A stretch of 64,000 nt of DNA from Cyanobacteria bacterium P01_A01_bin.123 (GTDB taxonomy: Bacteria > Cyanobacteriota > Cyanobacteriia > Phormidesmidales > Phormidesmidaceae): positions 1 through 64,000 of the forward strand of contig JBCBZT010000039.1 in the NCBI GenBank assembly GCA_039815185.1. Reading direction: 5' to 3'. Shown one piece after another: positions 40,816 through 50,000 of this stretch. The position numbers and the translations under genes are program-made. How positions within the stretch are numbered: the first letter of the stretch is position 1; the number at the start of each line of letters is the position of its first letter. Under the pieces are notes generated by a model. That model ran no database searches. It worked only from the letters and a program-made list of their open reading frames with translations, and was not told where the DNA came from.

Positions 40816-43760
40816 GTGATGACGATTCATCCCAAGGATCAATTCCAGAATCAGATCCAGAATTGAGCCAGTGGTCAACAGAAAATGATGCCGCTTTAAC
40901 CGCCCTCATCCGAGCGATTCAGCTATCAGCGGGCCAATTTTCGCTGATTTTAGCCCACTGCAACTATGGCGATCTGCGCGATCGCGTCATCCAACATCTC
41001 AGTCAACGCAATGATCTGGGGCTGACTTTCTTGCACTTGCCCCCCGACGTCAGCTCCCTGTTAACCACGCTGAAAGAGGCCGACCCTGAAACCCTAGACG
41101 CCAAAGAAGGCTCAAATAATAACCCCAGCGCCTTGATGGTGCTGGGGTTAGAGGCGGTTGATCAGCTGCAAATCTTGCTCAGCACTGCCAATCGAGCCCG
41201 AGAAGAATTTCGTAAATCTTTTCCCTTTGCGATGGTGTTATGGGTCAACGACGCCATTTTAAGGCAATTGATTCGCCGGGCTCCTGATTTAGAAAACTGG
41301 GCAACGCCGATCCATTTCACAGTGACACCGCCGGCGTTGCTGAAGCTGCTACAACGCACCACCGACGATGTGTTTGCCAGAGTCATGGAAGCCGGGGCGG
41401 GGCGATTTGTCAATGCAGCCAATTTATACCCCGATGGCGAAGAGAAACAACGCATTAATGCCCTGGAAGCCGCCCTGCGCGAGCTAAAACTGCGCCAGAT
41501 TCAACCGGAAGCTGCACTCCAGGCCAGCTTAGAATTCGTCCTGGGACAAGACACTTGGGATCAGCCCGAGACTGCTCTGGCACATTACGAACACAGCCTC
41601 GCAATTTGGCCCCCCGACCAAAATCGCTCTCGTCAAGGGTGTGTGCTGTTTTACCTAGGGCTGTGGTGGCGGGCTCAGGCGGTGCGTCACCGAGAGCAAT
41701 ATACCGAAGCTTGTGAACAATCGCTAGACTATTTTCGCCAAGCGATTGGCGTCTTTCGCAGCAGCGATCGATTTGATTTAGAAGCCCGTTTTATCAACGC
41801 CTTAGCAGAAGTTTTGCAACGGCTGGAACGATGGGATGAACTGGCGGATGTCGCCAAGCGGGGCTTAACCCTGCACCAACAAGGCGTATCCCTAGCATCT
41901 CTGGCAGCTGGACAGATGGATCAAAGCGTCCGCTTAGCCCATGACTACGGCATGATGGCCGATGTGGCGCTATCTCAGCAGCAGTGGTCTGTCGCTCAAA
42001 CTCACGCCGAACAAGCCTTAGAGATCTTAAATCAAGTCAATCAGGCGATCGCCAATCATGCTGGACCTCGCCCCGATGCTTCCCTCGATTGGGCTCGGGC
42101 CTACCACCGCCAACAGTATCACTTTAGTTTGGCCCGAGCGTTGTTGGGCATGGGCCAATATCACGGAGCCATTACCCAGCTTGAAATCGCTCAACACCTA
42201 GGCAACCCCAAATATGATCCCCAGCTCTACATTCGCATTTCTCGCCAGCTCCAATTGCTCTACTACCGTCAAAAGCGCTATTTAGAAGCCTTTCAGATTC
42301 GCCAAATTTACCGCACCGTCGAACAGCAGTATGGTCTGCGAGCCTTTATCGGGGCCGGGCGGTTGCAGCCCCACCAAGTGGTGCAAAGTCCAGCCCTAGC
42401 TGTGCCCGATCAACCCGATGACATCCCCCCTGAAATCGTTGCCTCTGGGCGTCAACCCGACGTGGAACGGCTAGTACATCGCATGTATCGACCTGACTAT
42501 AAACTCACCGTAATCTACGGTCAGTCTGGGGTAGGCAAAAGTTCCATGATTGAAGCAGGGTTAATCCCGGCGTTGCAGCAACAGGTGATTGACAGCCGCG
42601 AAGTCGTACCCGTACTGCTGCAAATCTACGCCCATTGGGTGAAGCAGTTGGGGGCTCAGCTGGCGATCGCTTCCCATCCTGACGACACCAACCCCGTAGA
42701 TCTGCCGTCGTTAGACGCTCAAGCCACAATTTTGGCCCAACTACAAACCAATGCTGACCACAATCGATTAACCGTCCTGATTTTTGATCAGTTTGAGGAT
42801 TTTTTTGCCACGACGGCCAGCCAAGCTTCTCATCGCCCGTTCTACAAGTTTTTAGGACAGTGCTTGGCCCTCCCTTACATCAAAGTGGTGCTGTCTTTAC
42901 GTGAAGACTACATCCACCATCTGCTGGTATTCAATCGCCTAGTCAACCTAGATATTATCGACAATAACATCCTCGATAAAGCCATCCTTTATCACATTGG
43001 CAACTTCACCAAATCCGATGCCCGCCAACTGATTCAGCAGTTGACCCACCAGGCCCAGTTCCATCTAGAACCTGCTTTGATCGATCGCCTAGTGTATGAT
43101 TTGGCTGAGGCATCCGAAGAAGTCCGCCCAATTGAACTGCAGGTTTTGGGGAACCAACTCCAAACCGAAAACATCACGACTCTAGCCCAGTACGAGACCT
43201 TTGCCAATGGAGATCGCAGCTCCAAAGAAGTCATCGTCGAACGCTACCTCGACGCAGTGATCAAAGACTGTGGTCCCGAAAATCGCCGCGCCGCTGAACT
43301 GGTGCTTTACTGGCTGACCGACGAAGCCGAGACCCGCCCCCTACGCACCAAAGCTGAATTGGCCACCAACTTAGACTCTGAAGCCCATCGCCTCGATTTG
43401 GTACTCAAGATTCTGGTTCACTCCGGAATTGTGTTGCTATTGCCGGCTCACCCGATCGAACGCTATCAGTTGGTTCATGACTATCTGGTAACTCTAATTC
43501 GTCGCCAACGCGGGGCTAAGCTGCTCCAAGAAATTGCCATCCTGCGTCAGCAAGAAGCCGATAGCCGATCTGCACTAATGCGTCAGATAAGAAATAGGCT
43601 AAGAATAACTATAGTAGGCAGTATACTAGCGCTTTTTCTTGGAGTTTTGGTTGTAGCACTAGCTCTAGAAATTCAATCTCTGAGAAATGAAGTTCGGGCT
43701 GACAAAATAAGAATCAAGGAACTTGAAAGAATACTTGATCACCTCCAAAATGAGCAATAA
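40812..43760 (+). CDS. TPR + STAND NTPase (nSTAND1-like) + TM protein lacking a WD40 domain
   Basis: Degenerate P-loop-like N-terminus, TPR-like helices, GQSGVGKSS, LIFDQFE, LSLREDY and YQLVHDYL, then a TM and a short coiled-coil tail. Confidence 0.85.
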   Translation: MSDDDSSQGSIPESDPELSQWSTENDAALTALIRAIQLSAGQFSLILAHCNYGDLRDRVIQHLSQRNDLGLTFLHLPPDVSSLLTTLKEADPETLDAKEGSNNNPSALMVLGLEAVDQLQILLSTANRAREEFRKSFPFAMVLWVNDAILRQLIRRAPDLENWATPIHFTVTPPALLKLLQRTTDDVFARVMEAGAGRFVNAANLYPDGEEKQRINALEAALRELKLRQIQPEAALQASLEFVLGQDTWDQPETALAHYEHSLAIWPPDQNRSRQGCVLFYLGLWWRAQAVRHREQYTEACEQSLDYFRQAIGVFRSSDRFDLEARFINALAEVLQRLERWDELADVAKRGLTLHQQGVSLASLAAGQMDQSVRLAHDYGMMADVALSQQQWSVAQTHAEQALEILNQVNQAIANHAGPRPDASLDWARAYHRQQYHFSLARALLGMGQYHGAITQLEIAQHLGNPKYDPQLYIRISRQLQLLYYRQKRYLEAFQIRQIYRTVEQQYGLRAFIGAGRLQPHQVVQSPALAVPDQPDDIPPEIVASGRQPDVERLVHRMYRPDYKLTVIYGQSGVGKSSMIEAGLIPALQQQVIDSREVVPVLLQIYAHWVKQLGAQLAIASHPDDTNPVDLPSLDAQATILAQLQTNADHNRLTVLIFDQFEDFFATTASQASHRPFYKFLGQCLALPYIKVVLSLREDYIHHLLVFNRLVNLDIIDNNILDKAILYHIGNFTKSDARQLIQQLTHQAQFHLEPALIDRLVYDLAEASEEVRPIELQVLGNQLQTENITTLAQYETFANGDRSSKEVIVERYLDAVIKDCGPENRRAAELVLYWLTDEAETRPLRTKAELATNLDSEAHRLDLVLKILVHSGIVLLLPAHPIERYQLVHDYLVTLIRRQRGAKLLQEIAILRQQEADSRSALMRQIRNRLRITIVGSILALFLGVLVVALALEIQSLRNEVRADKIRIKELERILDHLQNEQ
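41925..43586 (+). repeat. ~1.65-kb direct repeat, copy A (TPR end + STAND NTPase core)
   Basis: Colinear nucleotide similarity to 48157-49820; differences are largely synonymous by eye. Confidence 0.9.
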
Positions 43761-44117
43761 ATTCTTTAGACTAATCCTATTGGTTTTCCATATATTTGAG
43801 CAGATAGATAATACTAAAAATAGTCTAACCGTATGTATCAAGTTAATTTGAGGCAGGGTTTCATCAAGGGCGGCGGGACTCGTTTCGTTAATGGTTGCAG
43901 TAACATCGAGGTCGTCGCGATGGGCACTGCCGAGGTTCAGAGTGTTGATTGGATTAGTTGCTAAGGCATCGGGGGCCGAAGTTGCGTCTTGGGTTTGGTT
44001 AACGTTGATGGCGGTGTTGGCGAGATTGGTTTGGCGCAGGTCGTTGGCCTCGGGTGTGGCGTAAGCGTAGGGTGAGATTGCAACATTGGCGACTAAGGCG
44101 AGTGTGAGGTGTTTCAT
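43665..44117 (-). CDS. Hypothetical secreted T/N/A-rich protein, 3' end probably spurious or truncated
   Basis: GGAG RBS and signal-peptide-like MKHLTLALVANVAISPYAYA. Composition turns AT-rich below ~43850 and the ORF overlaps the convergent gene. Confidence 0.5.
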   Translation of the reverse strand: MKHLTLALVANVAISPYAYATPEANDLRQTNLANTAINVNQTQDATSAPDALATNPINTLNLGSAHRDDLDVTATINETSPAALDETLPQINLIHTVRLFLVLSICSNIWKTNRISLKNLLLILEVIKYSFKFLDSYFVSPNFISQRLNF

Positions 44118-44373
44118 GGTTTGGACTCCGGTAGGGCGGGTGAACTGTTCGCCTTGAGTCTTATGATCTAGCGGATTGCTGAGAGGCCTGTGACTGGAAA
44201 ATAAGTACGGCTTAATAGCAAGCTAAGAATGCCCTATGTGTTTAGGCACGAAGGGGAATACGGTATCGAGGCGAAATTTGCAACCCATGATCAATTGTGC
44301 AGTTACATTTTTTGAGGCATCTGCTACTCTACGGCTTACTTGAGATAAAAATAAAGAGCAGATTGAAAAATCC

Positions 44374-45699
44374 TTGAGGTACATTTTGATAGACTTGCAG
44401 AGTTTCTTCTCCGCCAGCAATCCTAGCAAGGCTCTATCCATAAGCGACCCTGAGGATCAGATGTACTATATTGATTTCTCCTCAGTGCGAGGCGGTCAGC
44501 TTACTGAGGCCTTAGAACGAACAATAGTAAGGCTTTCTCCAAATGAGCCGACCTGCCAACTATTCAGTGGCCATATTGGTTGTGGTAAGTCAACAGAATT
44601 ACTTCGTCTTAAGTCAAATTTAGAACTACAAGGGTTCTATGTCGTTTATTTTGAGTCCACTGATTATTTAGATATGGCAGATGTCGATATCACAGATATT
44701 CTGCTAGCCATTATTCGCCGAGTTAGCGAAAGTTTGGAGGAAATAGGGATCAGACTCAGCTCCAATTATTTTAGTCACATTTTAAATGAAATATCAGATC
44801 TCCTGAATGTACCGATTTCATCGTCCAGCACAATGAATATTTCTACAGGAATCTCAGAGGTTGGAAGACGGGCTCGGGTTAGTCCAAAAATCCGGAGTCA
44901 ATTAAGACAATATCTAGAACCCAGAACCAACAGTATTTTGGAAGCTATAAACGTTCTACTACGGTATGCCACTGAAAAGCTTATGCGGCAAGGTAAAAAG
45001 GGAATTGCTATTCTTATTGACAATTTAGACCGTATTGATTCTCGCTCAACCATTGCAGGACGTTCACAACCAGAATATATTTTTATTGATCGGGGAGAGC
45101 AATTAAGAGCATTGGATTGCCACTTAGTATATACGGTACCAATATCTGTTATTTTCTCCAATGACGGTGAAACGTTGAAGAATCGATTGGGCGGCGGTAT
45201 TCGTCCTAAAGTTCTACCAATGATTCCTGTAAAACATCGAGATGGTAGCCGTCATGAGGAGGGTATGTCTCTGTTAAGACAGATGGTTCTAGCACGAGCA
45301 TTTCCGAGAGCTAACACAGCACAGCGTTTCAACTTAATCTATGAGATTTTTGATTCTCCTGAAACCTTAGACCGTCTTTGCTTCATAAGCGGCGGTCACG
45401 TGCGGAACTTGTTGGGACTACTCTATCGCTGCCTACAAGAAGAAGATCCCCCATTTTCGAGATCCCTACTAGAAAAGATGATTCGAGAGACACGAGATGT
45501 ATTAGTACTGTCAATTTCTGAAAGAGAGTGGAAATTTTTAATAGAGGTAGTGAAGACCCAGATTGTAAGCAGCGATAAAGATCTTTGGACTCTTCTAAGA
45601 AGTCTATTTCTATTTGAATATCGAGATCAGCAAGGGAGCTGGTTTGACATAAATCCAGTTCTAATAGAAACAGAGAAATTCAAGTCTTTTCAACTATAG
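44374..45699 (+). CDS. P-loop ATPase, paralog 2
   Basis: GHIGCGKST, ILIDNLD and SGGHVR; clearly homologous to 39517..40815; AT-rich. The start may be TTG 44386. Confidence 0.88.
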   Translation: MRYILIDLQSFFSASNPSKALSISDPEDQMYYIDFSSVRGGQLTEALERTIVRLSPNEPTCQLFSGHIGCGKSTELLRLKSNLELQGFYVVYFESTDYLDMADVDITDILLAIIRRVSESLEEIGIRLSSNYFSHILNEISDLLNVPISSSSTMNISTGISEVGRRARVSPKIRSQLRQYLEPRTNSILEAINVLLRYATEKLMRQGKKGIAILIDNLDRIDSRSTIAGRSQPEYIFIDRGEQLRALDCHLVYTVPISVIFSNDGETLKNRLGGGIRPKVLPMIPVKHRDGSRHEEGMSLLRQMVLARAFPRANTAQRFNLIYEIFDSPETLDRLCFISGGHVRNLLGLLYRCLQEEDPPFSRSLLEKMIRETRDVLVLSISEREWKFLIEVVKTQIVSSDKDLWTLLRSLFLFEYRDQQGSWFDINPVLIETEKFKSFQL

Positions 45700-45713
45700 A
45701 TGCGTTATTAAAA

Positions 45714-47063
45714 GTGGTTGACAATCGATTCCTTGAAGTCTTTAATCCTGTAAATGTCGTAAATGACGACCGCTACTATGTTGACTTTTCTCTGGTGACA
45801 GGTGAAAGAGTTCTTGAACCAATGAGAAGAACCATTTGCCTTAGCAAGCCAGATAGCTTTACTAGCCAACTGATTACAGGTTATGGTGGTTGCGGCAAAT
45901 CAACAGAGTTAATAAATCTAAAGTCAAAACTCATCCGAGATGGGTTCTATGTTGTTTACTTTAGATTTGAGCGCCAGCTAAATGAAGTAGATGTAAGGCC
46001 AACTGATATTATTTTATTAAGCATTGCTTATCGAGTCATTCAAAGCTTAAAAAGAGACTTCGAAATTAACCTTGAACCTAATTTTTTCATAAGAATATGT
46101 ATCTGGTTAGCGGATGTTCTTTTGGGCATATTTCGTCTTCAGTTGAATTTTGAAGTGGAGCGGGAAATCCCAAAGGTGGGCAAAGTTAAGATTTCGATTA
46201 AACCAAAAGATACTACTAGGAATCTAAGTAAACTCGAATTTTGGGATCGCATTAAACCTTCCTCAAATAATATTTTAGACTTCGTCAATGAGATTCTTCA
46301 TAGGGCTACTGGCAAGCTAAAACAGCTTAATAAGAAAGGCCTTGTTGTTATTGTAGACAACCTAGATCACCTGGACAAATCGACAGATTTATCTCTACTA
46401 GAACAGGTATTTATTGACAGGAATGAACCTTTAAGCCAACTAAAATGCCATATTATTTATACACTCCCAATTTCATTAATTTATTCCAAGAAATATGAAT
46501 CTTTAAAGAGACTAGGTGGTGGCATTGATCCAAAGATATTAAGGATAGTTCCTGTGCAACTTCGCGACGGCAGCGAGAATTTAGAGGGAATTAAACTTCT
46601 TAAGCAAGTAATTCTTTCAAGAGCATTTCCACACGTTCATGTCGATAAACGCTATAGCCTTATTAGCCAACTATTTGACAATCCAGAAAGCCTAACCAGA
46701 CTATGCAGAATAAGTGGTGGAAAGGTACAAAAACTTTTGGAAATTCTTAATAATTGTCTGCAAAGAGTATACCCAAAAATTCTCGTCAAAGGAGATATAG
46801 AATATGAAATAAAGCAATATTGCAATAGGCTCTTATTTAGAATGACAGAGGAAGAACGAAAGATAGTTTGTCAGATACTACAGAACATTGATCCAGAGAT
46901 TGCGTTAGAAAAGCGTGAACTTCTTTTGTATGGAATTCAAAAGGGACTTATCCTGGAATATAAAGATCGTTATAAGGGAAGTTGGTTTGGCCTTGACCCA
47001 ACTTTTTTAGAGATCGAGGAGTTTCAAGCTATAGTCAAATCAAAAAACTCTAAACATGAGTAG
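45714..47063 (+). CDS. P-loop ATPase, paralog 3 (more divergent)
   Basis: GYGGCGKST, VIVDNLD and SGGKVQ; very AT-rich; overlaps the next gene by 8 bp. Confidence 0.85.
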   Translation: MVDNRFLEVFNPVNVVNDDRYYVDFSLVTGERVLEPMRRTICLSKPDSFTSQLITGYGGCGKSTELINLKSKLIRDGFYVVYFRFERQLNEVDVRPTDIILLSIAYRVIQSLKRDFEINLEPNFFIRICIWLADVLLGIFRLQLNFEVEREIPKVGKVKISIKPKDTTRNLSKLEFWDRIKPSSNNILDFVNEILHRATGKLKQLNKKGLVVIVDNLDHLDKSTDLSLLEQVFIDRNEPLSQLKCHIIYTLPISLIYSKKYESLKRLGGGIDPKILRIVPVQLRDGSENLEGIKLLKQVILSRAFPHVHVDKRYSLISQLFDNPESLTRLCRISGGKVQKLLEILNNCLQRVYPKILVKGDIEYEIKQYCNRLLFRMTEEERKIVCQILQNIDPEIALEKRELLLYGIQKGLILEYKDRYKGSWFGLDPTFLEIEEFQAIVKSKNSKHE

Positions 47064-50000
47064 ATTGCAATCTACAAGAGAAGATGACTCTCACAGCGTG
47101 TTTGACAAAAAAACGCTACATACCTTGATAAGGACAATTTCATTCTCAGTCAATCAGTTTTCTCTTATCATTTTACGCTGCAATTATCAAGAACTGGGTG
47201 CAAAAATACTGGAGAGGCTGAAAGGAGTTGATGACCTTAGTATTCAGGAAATAATTCTGCCGGTATCCGCTACAACTCTTTACACCACGATCCAGACAGA
47301 ATTCAGGAAAATAGAATCACAGCCTTCTGCACTAATAATTTTAGGATTAGAAGGCATTAAATCATTAGATGACTTATTAGTTTCTGCCAACCAAGTTAGG
47401 GACGAATTTCGAAAAAGCTTTTCTTGTCCTGTGATTTTATTATGTGACGATGAGGCTTTGCAGAAGTTAGTAAGGCTAGCTCCCGATTTCTATAATTGGG
47501 CAACACTTATACAAGTCAATATTTCCACGCCAATATTATACAAATTTATGCGGACAAAAGCGGATAATATTTTTGCTTTGGCTTCCGAAATAGACTTGAA
47601 AAACTTTCAGAATAGAAAGCTTATATATTCAGAAGAAATAGCACGGCAAAAGAAAGAAATTGAGTACGCCTATTCTGATTTTCAGGATCATTATGCGAAT
47701 TCTAATCCAGAAATTGTAGCGATCCTAGACTTTACTTGCGGACTAGAACTTCATGCCAACAACTTAACTTCTGATGCTCTAGAGAAATATTCAAACAGTT
47801 TGGACTTCTGGCGGGAAAAGGACTCAGAGAGATTAGGTGTCTTGCTATTCTATATGGGGATTTGCTACTACCATCATGCTCTTAATCAGCATGAGATTAC
47901 TAGATTCTCTGAGCAAGCAAAGAACTGCTTTAAAGGCTGTTTGACAACATTCGAACAGGGGAAGCATCTTGACCTAGTGTCAAAATACATCGGGCAAGTT
48001 GGCAAAGCCTTGGAGCGAATGGAGGCTTGGGAAGACCTGGAGATACTTGCATCAAGGGCATTGAGCCTCCATAGTACTCTCTACAATTCAGCATATTTAG
48101 GAGGAGGTAGCGATTCCCTATCTAAAGTCGCACTATATCAAGCACAATGGGAAAATAGCATACGTCTGGCTCACGATCACGGCATGTTAGCCAATGTGGC
48201 GCTGTCTCAGCAGCAGTGGTCTGTTGCTCAAACCCATGCTGAGCAGGCTCTAGATATTTTGAATCAGGTCAACCAAGCGGCCGCCCCTGGGATTCCGTCA
48301 CAAACTAATGGATCTTTGAATTGGGATAGAGCTTACTACTGCCAGCAGTATCACTTTAGTTTAGCCCAGGCGCTGTCGGGCATGGGACAGTACCACGAGG
48401 CCATTACCCAACTTGAAATTGCTCAACACTTGGGTAATCTCGAATATGACCCCCAGCTCTACATCCGCATTTCTCGCCGGTTGCAGCTGCTCTACTATAG
48501 CCAAAAACGCTATTTAGAAGCCTTTCAAATGCGCCAAATCTACCGCACTGTCGAACAACAGTACGGTCTGCGAGCCTTTACTGGCGCTGGACGGTTGCGG
48601 CCTCGTAAAACGTTGCACAGTCCAGCGCTAGACGTCCCCGATCAACCCGATGACATTCCCCCCGAAATTGTTGCCTCTGGGCGTCAACCCGATGTGGAAC
48701 GGTTGGTGCATCGCATGTATCGGCCCGACTATAAACTCACCGTGATCTATGGCCAGTCTGGGGTTGGTAAAAGCTCCATGATTGAAGCAGGGCTGATTCC
48801 GGCGTTGCAGCGCCAGGTGATTGACAGTCGTGAAGTCGTGCCTGTGCTCCAGCAAATTTATGCTCATTGGCTCAAGCAGTTGGAGGTTCAGCTGGTGCTC
48901 GCATCCCATCCTAAGGGTGCCAAACAGGCCTCAAAAACACCCTACCTAGACACGCCAGCGGCGATTTTGGCCCAACTCCAAACCAATGCCGATCGCAATC
49001 AACTGACGGTCCTGATTTTTGACCAGTTTGAGGAATTTTTTGTCACGACAGCTAGCCAACCTCACCATCGCCAGTTTTACGAGTTCTTAGGACAGTGCTT
49101 GGCCTTACCCTATGTCAAAGTCATCCTGTCTTTGCGCGAAGACTATATTCACCACCTGCTGGCTTTCAATCGCCTTGTCAATCTAGACATTATCGACAAC
49201 AACATTCTCGATAAGTCCATCCTCTACCGCATTGGCAACTTCACCAAGCCCGACGCCCGCCGGCTGATTCAGCAGTTGACCTACCAAGCGCAATTTCCTT
49301 TAGAACCTACTTTGGTAGAGCGTCTGGTGGAAGATTTGGCTGGAGGCTCTGAGGAAGTTCGCCCGATTGAGCTGCAAATGCTAGGGGAGCAGCTCCAAAC
49401 CGAAAACATCACAACCTTAGCCCAGTACGAGACCTTTGCCAACCGCGAACGCAGTTCAAAAGAAGTGATTGTCGATCGCTATCTCGACTCAGTCATCAAA
49501 GACTGTGGCCCCGAAAATCGTCGTGCTGCCGAGATGGTCCTCTACTGGCTCACCGACGAAGCCGAAACCCGTCCCCTGCGCACCAAAGCTGAACTGGCCA
49601 CCAATTTAGGCTCTGAAGCCCATCGCCTCGATTTGGTACTCAAGATTTTGGTTCACTCCGGGATTGCCTTGCTGCTGCCCGCCCACCCGATCGAACGCTA
49701 TCAGCTGGTTCACGACTATCTAGTAGCCCTGATTCGCCGCCAGCGTGGGGCCAAACTGCTCCAAGAAATTGCCATACTGCGCCGGCAAGAAGCGGATAAC
49801 CGCTTTGCCCTAGTCCGTCAAAAACGTCTGCTGCGAAACGGCGGTATTGTGCTTGCCATCAGTTTGGGAGTGATGTCGATTCTAGGCACCTTAGCTAGCC
49901 GGATTCAAACCCAAAATCAGCTAATCCAGTTGAGATTAGATGCCAGTAATGCCCTCGAACTTTACGAAATTTCTCAAACGGAGGGGTTGCTCGCTGCCCT

